Shown here piece after piece: positions 53,501 to 64,000 of a stretch of 64,000 bases of DNA. Below the pieces are notes generated by a model. It did no database searches. It had not been told where the DNA came from and saw nothing but the letters and a program-made list of their open reading frames with translations. The translations under genes and the position numbers were made by a program. The stretch covers positions 1-64,000 of the forward strand of contig JAAILG010001053.1 in the NCBI GenBank assembly GCA_012026655.1, in the 5' to 3' direction. The stretch's first letter is position 1, and every line of letters starts with the position of its first letter. Origin of the DNA: Hydrolagus affinis. Taxonomy: Eukaryota.

Positions 53501-54107
53501 AAGTAATTCAACAGAAATCACTTGAGTGATTTTTTACTTGGGCTCCGAACACTGGTACTATGTGGAAAAAGTCGAATTTTTTTTTGAAAAAAAACACCCA
53601 ATGATTGGACTGACCCAGGATCTCTCCCTCTTTGGGTCTCAGGAAGCTTTTTGCTGCAGAGCCTGAAATCTAACTCCCTGTAATGCATGCAGTGGTCACG
53701 TGATCGTATGCTAATAATGTCAACAAATGTACTGAGCACAGGCACGTGACCAGGGCCCATCTTAAAACAAGTGTCACCGGCTCCGGGAACTCGAATGAGA
53801 GCAACACGATCATTCCCCCCACCCCCTCCCCTCCCGCCTCCCCACACCCCCAACTCCCTCTCCGGGAGAACATATTTAAATGTAAATACAAAAGGGGGGA
53901 TGGCGGAGGGAGAGAGAGAGAGAGAGGAGGAAGCAGTCCGCCGCAAGCCTCAGTGTATTCGGATGAAATTGCACAAAATGAACAATACCCTTTTCCTCCC
54001 GTTGTGCCGATGGAGTTGCGATTTGATCCTCCAGCGAGTTAAATCCTGCTCGTCAACTCCACCCCACCACACGCAAAAGAGTGATAACCCGATCCCGTCT
54101 CACTTAC

Positions 54108-54160
54108 CGGGCAGCCGGTTCATATTGACACCTTGGGCAGACAGTCCAATCCCCATGTAC
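54108..54160 (-). CDS. RANBP10: RANBP10 exon 3 (SPRY)
   Basis: CAG acceptor, GTAAGT donor, 53 nt. Encodes YMGIGLSAQGVNMNRLP-G; phases fit exons 2 and 4. Confidence 0.96.
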
Positions 54161-54262
54161 CTGCGAACAATGGGAAGCTGTGATTATTAGGGAATTGTCC
54201 ACCGCTTCGAAGAGTCACGTAATGCGAGGCAAAAGCCTACTGGCTTGGCAGCAGTGGACTCA

Positions 54263-54436
<174 letters not shown>

Positions 54437-55073
54437 CTATTCAAGTGATCGGTTAGCGAATTGCGCCAGTGTCGAGTCGAATGAAAGCGGTGGGAGACAA
54501 AACAGATTCATATTTTTTTCGGAAGGGGGTGATTTATCTCAGCAAAACGCTTGTCAACACATTTATGTAATACATATGGAAGTGTCTGCATCGTGAGTCG
54601 AATGACAATCCATGATACATTTTCTGACGGACAAAGCTCAGCCTGCTAACACAATTTCTTTTAGCTTTAGGTTTCTACAAAATATGATAATGCCCAGCCA
54701 CACCGAGACGATCTACATTACATATACACACACAAACCTTGCTGCTCGGGAATCGTTAGGTAATCGTTTTCAACAGCCAGACCGCAGCGCTATACCTCTA
54801 GGGAAACGAAATTATTTGGCAAGTGGGTAATTTAGCCGTTTGAAAATCACGAGGAGAAGACGGAAACAGAAATCGAGGAAAACTTAAATCAAACTGCCAC
54901 ATCCAGAAGGGATCAATCGGTGACGTCGATCAGTATTAAGATGATTACGTGTCACGGTGTCAATCACCGGGTCTATAAACGGACAGAAAAATATCAAATA
55001 ATCGCCCATTCACAACACAGACGGTCGTCACCCTTTTTACCAGATTAAGCTCGATAATGCCACACAGATTTAC

Positions 55074-55266
55074 CTTTATAGTGGACACGGAGGTTGTTCT
55101 GTGACAGCCCGATATAGTTGTACTTGTCCTTCGGGCTCCACGATCGAGGCAGAGGCGTCTCATCTTCGTTCACGGCCGGGTAGAGACGCTTTAATCGTTC
55201 GTTTAACTCTTTTTCTTGGTAATTCAGCGCGGAGTCCCCATGGTTTGAAGCTCCCAGTTCCGCCAT
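55074..55266 (-). CDS. RANBP10: RANBP10 coding exon 1 (start codon, start of B30.2/SPRY region)
   Basis: Strong-Kozak aagATGg at 55266. Translates [12 protein letters not shown]...[39 protein letters not shown], matching the RANBP9/10 N-terminus. Donor AAG|GTAAAT; 193 nt, phase 1. Confidence 0.93.
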
Positions 55267-55409
55267 CTTGGATCCTATTGTGTGTATATCCCGGATAACG
55301 AACGTATTATACTGACAGGTCATTGGCTGGGGGCACGGGCTGCGCGCATGGCCCGATGGGGGATGTAATCCACCCGCGCCGCCCCAACCAGGCTCTGATG
55401 GTGAGCGCG

Positions 55410-55767
55410 ACTACAATTCCCACAGTGCGCCGCGCTCCCCCTACCGCTCCACCTACAGCGCAGGCGCCTAGCCTTTTTAGCCGTGGGGGGGGGAAAGCCT
55501 TGAGCGTGGGGGCGGGGAGATAGGGCAACCTGGGAGTTGTAGTCCGTCCCAACTGTCAAATTTACAGACAGTAAAACCGTAAACGGGCAAAGCGCTGCCC
55601 ACGCTCACATATTAAAAACGCGATTACCCACTCGGTAAAATGTCCAGGAGGCGAAGGTGTAGGCGGGCAGCTCCCTTCCTCTGTTCTACTAAAGCGTCTC
55701 TTTCTCCCCGCCCCCTCCACCCCCCCTCCCACCCAGTGGAAATGGCGAACTACAATTCCCACACTGC
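55410..55767. promoter_or_regulatory. Three ACTACAnnTCCCA (ZNF143/THAP11-HCF1 type) motifs
   Basis: ACTACAATTCCCACAGTGC 55410-55428 (+); TGGGAGTTGTAGT 55531-55543 (-); ACTACAATTCCCACACTGC 55749-55767 (+). Confidence 0.85.
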
Positions 55768-56263
55768 GCCGTGCGGTTCCCTGGCTTCACCCTCGCCTCT
55801 CAAAAACACATAACACTACACAAACAGAAATGTAAGTTCCCCTCCAGCTATTATTCGGCACCGTTATTGTTGTCAAAATGTAAATACCGGGGACCGACCG
55901 AAAAATCCGCGTCTCCACCGCCGCCTCTCTCGGGGGTTCCCGACTCATACTAACCCTCCCGGTTACATAACTTGTCAGTCACCGCGCGTGCGGGTCACGC
56001 CAGCCTGTTCACGGCAGTTCGACCTGTGACTAATTTGGGATTTAAGTCACCTTCTGAAACAACTACTGTGAATTGGAGATTACTATTATATTTTTTTGGA
56101 GGGGGAGGGGGGATTTGGGCAAAAAAAATACAGTATAGGGCGTGAGACGGTTACGATTCACTCGTTAACTCAAACAAGCAGCGAGCGCAGGCTTTGTACC
56201 AGCCGCCAAAGAGGCAGGAGGGGTCCTGACTGGGGGGGGTGGGGGGATGGGAGTGCTTGCACC

Positions 56264-56277
56264 GTCACCATAGTAAC
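56264..56277. promoter_or_regulatory. RFX X-box
   Basis: GTCACCATAGTAAC is an exact fit to GTNRCC-N(0-3)-RGYAAC and lies just upstream of the TSNAXIP1 exons. Confidence 0.75.
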
Positions 56278-56322
56278 GGTCAGTACACAACAACGCTTCA
56301 GGGAGTCAGGGAGAGAAATCCC

Positions 56323-56451
56323 GAGAGAGAGAGAGAGAGAGAGATGGCCACATAGAGAGAGGTCACCAGATAGACACAGACATCTCCACGGAAGGATAGA
56401 AGGGCCCCAGAAAGAAGCACCCCCCCCCCCCCACACACACACACACACACA
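56323..56451. repeat. (GA)n, poly-C and (CA)n microsatellites
   Basis: Directly visible simple repeats in the presumed TSNAXIP1 5' region. Confidence 0.9.
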
Positions 56452-56737
56452 TAGACAGGGGAAAGACAAGAGGCTAAGAGAGAACGTGAGATCCTCAAAT
56501 CAGCCATCGAGGGGGAGGGAGGAGAGAACGACACACAACAAACACACGTTTCTGGGGGTGAAGAGAAAGACGCTACCCCAATAGTGAGAGAGCAGGGCAC
56601 CCATGAGCATCAGCCCGGGGAAAGGGAGTGCGAGTCACTGGGAGACAGAGTCAGGACACCAAAACAGCTTTGATCTAAGATCCGAGAGGGAGTTTGGGGC
56701 ATTAAGACGAGAGCCAAGCCCTGGTAATCGCTCCAGT

Positions 56738-56757
56738 ATGTCGACACTTAAAACTGG
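56738..56757 (+). CDS. TSNAXIP1: Probable first coding exon of TSNAXIP1 (MSTLKTG)
   Basis: agtATG...ACTGG|GTAAGG. The phase-2 donor fits the phase-2 acceptor at 60289, and the exon lies downstream of the RFX X-box. Support is splice and phase logic only. Confidence 0.5.
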
Positions 56758-57178
56758 GTAAGGTTGTGAACCATTTGTAACCAGGTTGAAGTTGCTTCCT
56801 GCTTGTGGGTTGGCAGTGATGCTGCCGAAATGCTGGTGTGAAGTTCAGTTGTAGCCTGGGAATTTTCTTCTAATACTTTCAGTATCTGGCCTGGATAATT
56901 TGCAAATCACATCTAAATTGTATTTAACAGTTATCTGGATTGGTTCCGATCCTTACCATTTGTGGGTAGGAAAAAAAAAGTGTGATAATTATTTGAAATG
57001 TACCGAATCAAGCACTGAATTGCAAATATGACTTTCTTTCTATCCCTCTCCAACTTCCCTCTCCTGTAAAAGGGGGGTAAGAAAGGTGTACTGCATCTAT
57101 TACTGGTCTTTGGGTTACAATTCAGTGAGCATTTGCTGTTTTCTGGGTACTTTACCCATGCACACGGCTGTTCCTCAT

Positions 57179-57478
57179 ATAATAATAATCCTTGCATTTG
57201 ATATAATGCTTTTCATGTCTTCTAGACGTTAGAATATACTGTACTGTGAAGTGAATTGACTGTATATTTGTGGACGACATGTGGCAGCTATTTGCACACA
57301 GCAGTTAGTGTCCCACAAACAATCATGGAATGAGTGACAAAATTATAATTTTTTTTGGAGGGATTATTATCAGGCATATGGAGTACGGAAACTTGTTTAA
57401 GGTTTCGCCCTGCCTGGAATTGAACCCAGATTTCTCACTTGTGAGGCTAGTGCTCCAACCACTGAGCTACAGGACTCC
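57179..57478 (-). mobile_element. Full-length copy of the tRNA-headed SINE
   Basis: Colinear with 275-589. Further partial copies lie near 4143, 6755, 11030, 15730, 16160, 16780, 18090, 33340, 34280, 36850, 44820, 48235, 58000 and 62625. Confidence 0.88.
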
Positions 57479-60288
57479 ATTATATATGAACCTTAAGTAT
57501 GTCTAAAGTATTGAAAGACTGCCAAGGCATTAACACACTATCGGGACTTGACGATTGGCAAAGAGTAAATGTATGGAACTAGAAATATGAGGCTATTGAG
57601 GCTGCTGGTTTGACACACTCTATGGGTGCACCCTGTCATGGAATCCACCACACTCATTTGTTCCCCTGTGGAAAAGTAATACAGTACATTGGCTTCCCAA
57701 AGTAACCAAGAAAAAAATTCAGTCTATCTATATTGTTTGATATTAATCCTTATGGAGGGCAACCTATAAGGATTTTCGAACACAGCATTTGAACTTAATT
57801 GAACTTAATCTTTAGCTGCATTTCCAAATGATGTTCATCCGGTTACTTTTGAGGCAACTATGAAGTTTTCCAAGAGCTCAAAACTGCTCTATGAACATAA
57901 CAATTTTCTTCTAATTCTTGATTTTGTTAAATGCAATCTGAATTGTAGGTTTGTGCTCACATTCCCAGATGGTTAACTTTAGTTTACTGATCACTCAACC
58001 CATGACTGTTTGTGTGACATTGCTGCATACCGTGGTTCACCCATAAAATATACAGTCAATTCACTTTACATTGTACTGTATTCTGTTAAGCGCTTTGAGA
58101 CATCCCGAAGACATAAGGTGCTATATCAAATACAATTATTATTATTTATTCCTCTGAATATCTGGAGTTTCCATGTCCATTTTCCCTCTCTGATGAAAAA
58201 TATTTAAATGCCCCAAGTCCTGAAATTATCCTTTGATACCATTTCTGTATCCTCTCCATAATTTTTCACTTTCTACTTATCATAGTAACTATTTTTGTTT
58301 ACCAGACAATGTATTTTCTTCGTCAAAATCTTCCATTTCAAATCCAATAATGTTGCTTTCTCTTCACCTAAGTATCATGTTTGCTTTTTATAAATAAAAA
58401 GGACAGTATGTATTGGACTCCAATAGTTTTGTTAACCTACATCTAACATTGATAGTTTGATTATAAAGATTGGACCTTAAAGCTCATTATAGCAGACAAA
58501 CTAGGTCAGTACCATTGTGCATGAAGGCAAGTATTAAGCAGGGCAAAAGTTAACCAAAGCAACCACAAGTAATTTCATTGGTTCAACTGAGGTGGCCACA
58601 AGAGACTTTATCTAATTCTATTAATAAAAGTCCTGTAATAAGTAGGGAGATGTTCTATTAAGGAAGCATGTTTATAGACTATACTATTTAGGGTCAAACA
58701 TAAGGTGGCAAAATTCATTACCTGGACCAGATTAATCCCATGATAACCTATTATAATCAGCTGCAAGCCACACTCTAAGTAGAAGTACCTTAAACAGAAA
58801 TTACCATTGGAAAATGTAATTGAAGATAAACGGAAATTGTTGAGAAGGGAGATAGACGTCCTCTATTAATTCCCAGGCACTTGGGTTACTTCGCTTTATG
58901 CCTAGAGGTTGTCAAATTACAGGCAACGTCTTCTCTGATATGAGGTTGAAAACTAATTCATCGCATAGAGAATATAGGAGATGTCTACATGAGTTTGAGG
59001 CTTTAATATAAATTACTGCCTTAGAGATTTTAAAAAACATTTTAAAAATGCTTTAATTTCAATGTGGTGCTTACTGTATGGTGGTTAATTGATAACAACA
59101 ATCTATTAGGTTATAATCTGTAAACTATTCCTAAATCAGATCACAGTTACATAACTTCTTTCCATCATTTTTTATAATCTGTTTTATGCTTTATATTGGT
59201 AGGTAATATGTCGTAAATATAAATATCACATTTGATCTCTGCACACAGACGTGACGTCATTCTATGTCAGTGCTACTCACCAATTTGTTGCTGAGGGCTG
59301 CACTTCGAATCAAAGTGTTGCTTTTGAAGGTGACTCTCAAGAATGAGAGTGATAGGAAGCTGGGATGAGAATCCCCACAAAGTGATCTTTTGATTCCAGT
59401 GAGCCAAATTACTCACAGGAGGATGAAACACTCAAGGTTCATGAAACAAAAACAGATGAAAAAGTTGGACCGGAGTTAATGTTTACAACTGTAGAGTTGT
59501 GTAATTCACTTAATCGCCGCAAATCACTTATTCACCTCAAACCACATCTTGCTGAGGTTGTTTTCTTGGTCAGCTGGGTGTCTGAGACTGGAGAAACCCA
59601 TCACCATGCTTAAGATTATCCAAATCAAGATGAGGTGATTCCACCTACACATGGAAATCCCAGAAATGGATTGTTTGATTCTAACCAACTAAAATCGCAC
59701 AGTTTGCGTTGATATTACTGTCCTGCTGCTTGTCCAGCGAGGCCGACCTGCCCCTTTAGGGTCCTGGCTCACATGGTTACTAGGAGCTGAGTGGGATGAT
59801 TCTCTGCCCCAGTGACCTGTCTGCCCTTCCAAATCCTGCCAATCAGCCAGGCTAGCTGTGCTCTTCATCAGCAGTGCCCTGGAATACTGCTGAGGTGTGT
59901 CGATACAGTATTAGTTTAACATACACCTGCTTGCCATCGCTGTCAGTTGGAGGATAAAGTATTTAAGGAAGCTCCCTCCACTGCAAGATCACCTCACCAA
60001 CAAAACACAACAGTTTGGTTGTAGGGGATGAGTCTACTTAGAAAAATAAAATTATAGACCATATGAAATGACTAAGTTTGGTTTTGAAAAGATAGCTATA
60101 CAGTTATAGTTTTCGTAATTTGAGCTGAACCCCATTTGAGCACAATTGAGCTATTCGATTCAAGCTATTCACTCCTTCCAATTCCCCAAATATTCAAATG
60201 TGAACAGATAGAGTTTCACAACAAGAGCACAAACTCAATGTTTACCCATATTCACCTTAATAACACAATCATTGTCCTCTGTTTATAG

Positions 60289-60478
60289 GGAAAACCCAAC
60301 CAAGCTGCATATAACTGAGCCAAGTGAGTCCGATATACGTTTGACTTGCCCAAAGTCTGAGAGTAAAAGAGATGGTGTGGAAAATCCAGACTATAAATCT
60401 GTGCCAAGCCTAACCTGTCCAAATTACCGCCTGCAAGATTCTAACGTGAAATACTATCTCCCTGAGAAAGACGTTATG
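60289..60478 (+). CDS. TSNAXIP1: Probable TSNAXIP1 coding exon 2
   Basis: tcctctgtttatag acceptor, ATG|GTAAGG donor, open 190 nt (ENPTKLHITEPSESDIRLTCPK...YYLPEKDVM). Phase-0 exit fits the exon at 62276. Confidence 0.65.
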
Positions 60479-61029
60479 GTAAGGTTTTCAAATCTTGAAA
60501 CTACAGTAACAGGTAAATCTTAAGAGATAGTGAAGGATCATCAATGAGCTCTGGAGTAGAACAAATATTTTATGACCTGTGTGCTTCATAAGTTTCTGAA
60601 CAAATAATTTAACAGCAAAGGCTTCAGATATATTTCAATATCAGTTGTGAGCATCTTGGTTATCACCGTAAATCAATTAACCACCATACAGTAAGCTATT
60701 TCCTCTTTTCCAATGAACAGATTTTTTCCAAAGTTGAATTATTATTTTGCATTGTTTAGATAGTATTATTAGTGATATTAAATTTTAACTAAGCATTTAT
60801 TTCCTGTGTTTCTCCCCTTTCCTCCCCCTTCTGCAATCTTCTGAATCTATTCCTGCATTCTTTCCATCAGAATCACTTGGCAGGGGATTAGGAGTTGCAG
60901 CCCTGGCTATTTTTATACTCTCCCTCTTTTCTCACTATTTTCCTTTCATTCTGCATCCTCTCTTTATCCTCCTTCTATGCACATTCCATTCACGACACAG
61001 GAATTTCCATGTGTGGATGGCATATGTAG

Positions 61030-61995
61030 AACTGTCACTTGTAGTGTCCCCCAGGCCCCTTACTTTTCAACATCTACATGCTCCTACTTGGTGACAGCAT
61101 CTGCAGACATGGGGATAACTTCTACATATATGCGAATGACACCCAACTCTATCTTTCTGCTTCTACCCTCGACTCCAGAACTACACTGTCTTGACAGACT
61201 GTCTGTCGGACATCATGTCCTGGATGAGAGCTAACTTTCTACAGTTGAATGTCAACAAGACAGAGGCCCTACTGATTGGCTCGCGCAGGCGCCTTCATGC
61301 ATCAGGTGCTGGCAGCATCAACCTCCATGATTGATCACTCAACCTCACCAAGCCAGTCAGGAACTTAGGTGTCTTGTTCAACCCTCAACTGTCTTTCCTC
61401 CCCCACATCCAAGCAATGACTCGCTCTGCCTTTCTCCATCTCCGCAATAATGCCCAATACAAGTACATTCATGACCTACTAACAACAACAACAACTTTGA
61501 TTTATATAGCGCCCTCCATGCCGGACGGCGTCTCAGAGCGCTTCACAATAGTGGATCCCGGGACCGAGCCAGGGGGCAGGGGTAGAAAGGTGACCAAAGG
61601 CACGGTCGAAGAGAAAGGTCTTTAGCTGTGACCTGAAACTGGGAAGAGTTTGCTAATCCCTTACCAACCTGCCCGCCCCCTCCGCTCAGTGGCTCTGGCC
61701 TCCTCCATGTCCCCCGACCCACTCGCTCCATCTTTGGCGGGTCGAGCCTTTAGCCACTCTACCCCCAACCTCTGGAACTCCAACCCGCAGTCCCTCCGCC
61801 TCGCCCCCTCCCTGGCCTCTTTTAGGTCCCGCCTCAAAACTCTCCTCTTCGATGGTCTCATCGGCAACTAATCCCCTCTTTCCCTCCCCCCACCTCTGTC
61901 CCCAGCTTGGGGCTGACACAGTGGCTGTCCAGCGCCTTAGGACATCCTCCTGACGTGAAAGGCGCTATACAAGTATCATTTTGTTGTTGTTGTCG
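61030..61995 (+). mobile_element. L2 RT plus 3' end, interrupted by an inverted L2-type tail at ~61480-61620
   Basis: [27 protein letters not shown]...LQLNVNKTEALLIG...RNLGVLFNPQLSF, followed by the 3'UTR and (TTG)n tail. Confidence 0.85.
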
Positions 61996-62275
61996 TCTGT
62001 CTAATTTTGACTATGTTTATGAGTGTCAACATGGGTCAGACACTCAGCTGACCAAAAGTAAAGTAATTTGTACTGTAGTTGCCCTAAACCCAATTGTGGG
62101 CTCCTAATACCACTCTGCCTGAGATCAATTAATTCAGCACAGGTAGATTAATGATTTATCTGACCCAGTTTTACACTGCACATCAAACCTTTTTAAAAAC
62201 ATAGAACTTTTTTTCTCAATAGATGTAATGCGGTAATTGTCAATTGTAATTGTTAATAAATGCTCATTTATGCAG

Positions 62276-62388
62276 CCGAGTGGGGACTATTGTTCAGGGT
62301 ACCTGTCTGCCTGGCCTGCACATATGACTGGAAAGATTGTTCGCAGTATTCGTAAACCTAAATCATCAGGTACCCCCAAATACCATGG
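62276..62388 (+). CDS. TSNAXIP1: TSNAXIP1 coding exon (gene continues beyond window)
   Basis: tgcag|CCGAGT...CATGG|GTAAGT, 113 nt. Encodes PSGDYCSGYLSAWPAHMTGKIVRSIRKPKSSGTPKYH, resembling the GHLSPWP...G..I...RKP N-terminal motif of mammalian TSNAXIP1 as recalled. RANBP10 and TSNAXIP1 are head-to-head neighbours in human. Confidence 0.8.
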
Positions 62389-63254
62389 GTAAGTCAATGA
62401 CATTGTTTAAGATTGTTGCAAGTTAGAGTGGAGACTGTTACCATTCTGTTATAGCAATTTAAGTCATGAGAATTTTAAATGACAAGGATGCATATGAGAT
62501 AGGTGCTAACGTCAACACATAAACTGAGAAACCAGTGGAGGCTTCACTTCAGAATTAACTTCTTTGTAATAGAAACTTCTCATGAATCCAGGTAAGATTA
62601 AATGAATTGTGTGTGGATGGGTAAGTCATTCGCCCACAAATTTATGCAGTAAATTCACTTTATTCACAAGCGCTATATGTGAAGCGCTTTGGGATGTCGA
62701 AAAGATGTGAAAAGCGCTATATCAAATGCAAGGATTATTATTTATTATTATTATAGTAACTCTGACTGGGGCCTTTATGCCATTATCAAGTTGGTATTAT
62801 TATTCTACAATTAGACGCTGGAATTATTCTAAACATTGATTTCCGAATGATCAAGGAGAGTAAAGGTTTCTGGGCTCGTCAGATCAAGACAGTAAAAGTA
62901 TTAGGTGCTATATGCAGTATTAACATGTCAGTTCTTATGGGACCGTATTGATAGAAACTATAAAGTGGCATAGAATGATCATCAACATTTGCCAGGGTAA
63001 CCCTGCATTTGTTTCCCCCATCTCACTTTCAATCAATCGATCGACCGACCGACCAACCAATCAATTAAAACTTACATTTATATAGCACCTTTCACATCGA
63101 GAGGACATCCCAAGACGCTGTACAGTTAGGTAGGGACAAGAGCAAGGGTGAGGGGTCGGGGAAGGATGAAGAGCAGGAAAGCCGACTGCTTATTTGTGGG
63201 CGAAATGTGGCAGCCAAATTGCGCACAGCACTGTCCCACAAACAATCGCGGAAA

Positions 63255-63480
63255 TGGGGCCAGGAGAGAAAGGGGGAAAAGAGGTAAGGGGGAAGAGGGA
63301 GGGAAAGGTGGGGTGGGGTAAAGTCAGGAAGGAAGAGAAAAGGGGGTAAGGGAGAGAGGGAGGGAAAGGTGGGTAGGGGGAAAGATCAGGGAGAAAGGGG
63401 AGTAAGATGGAAGAGGGAGGGAAGGGGAAAAGGGGGGAGAGAAAGTGGGGAAAGGGAGTGAGGGAAGAAGAAGAGAGAGT
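63255..63480. repeat. Polypurine (G/A) low-complexity tract
   Basis: About 225 nt, almost entirely G/A, with many GGG runs. Confidence 0.9.
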
Positions 63481-64000
63481 TTCATCCAATACCATGTATT
63501 TCCCCCACAAAATACACAGTCAATCCTATTTAGTGTGTATCCCGTGAAGCGCTTTGAGACGTCTCGACAACCCGATAAGGTGCTATCTTGCAAGGAATGC
63601 AAAGAATATTATATTATTATTGCTGAAAAGTATCCAAAAGTGGACCTAAACTCCAGTAGCATGTAATATCTAGTATGTCAAACCTATGATGTAATCTCAC
63701 ACTTAAGTAACAGGCAGCATTGATGCACTTTTGATCATAGAAAAAAATGCTCTATTTTCTTCAAAGGTTTATTGCTGAAAAACGCCTGTGATCAGTTGAG
63801 TTCTATGCTTTCCAATCTATTGTTGATTATGTTTCTTTCCTTACATGATGAGCAATTTTACTGGCCACAATGTTGATATTACCCATGAGTAAAAATCAAA
63901 AATATAATAAACAACAACAAAATCAAATTTTTATGGTGCCTTTCATATTAGCAGGATGTCTCAGGGCACTGGACAGGTAGTGTTTCGGACCCAAGCCGGG

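Noticed and set aside
55267-55323. In-frame upstream ATG giving a 19-aa N-terminal extension of RANBP10
   Set aside because: That ATG has weak Kozak context and lies inside a CCAAT box (AGCCAATGA), so it is probably upstream of the TSS. The ATG at 55266 has strong context.
56096-56600. 162-aa and overlapping ORFs near the promoter
   Set aside because: Translations of (GA)n, poly-C and (CA)n microsatellites.

Overview
Eukaryotic, intron-rich vertebrate genomic DNA. The repeat families (L2, CR1, Penelope, Deu-type and tRNA-headed SINEs) suggest a cartilaginous fish, which is an inference. Most of the window is RANBP10 (CTLH/GID E3-ligase scaffold; SPRY-LisH-CTLH-CRA) on the minus strand. I traced 13 coding exons with GT-AG boundaries and matching phases from the ATG at 55266 down to 699 (1684 nt, 561 codons + 1 nt); the last exon lies left of the window. 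Intron 3 is about 40 kb and contains a 100-N gap. Head-to-head across a CpG-island promoter (three ZNF143-type ACTACA-TCCCA motifs, CCAAT, GC boxes, RFX X-box) is the 5' end of a probable TSNAXIP1, with 3 phase-compatible exons on +. The rest is transposon debris: SINEs, L2/CR1 fragments, a deleted Tigger/pogo element, Tigger-type MITEs and an inverted Penelope pair. The best leads are minimal hammerhead-ribozyme motifs in the Penelope remnants (one sense to the RANBP10 pre-mRNA), a candidate intronic C/D snoRNA, a candidate 53-nt poison exon enclosed by an inverted repeat, and recurrent tail-to-tail L2/SINE hairpins. I found no convincing wholly new multi-gene system, and most ORFs in the supplied track are spurious.
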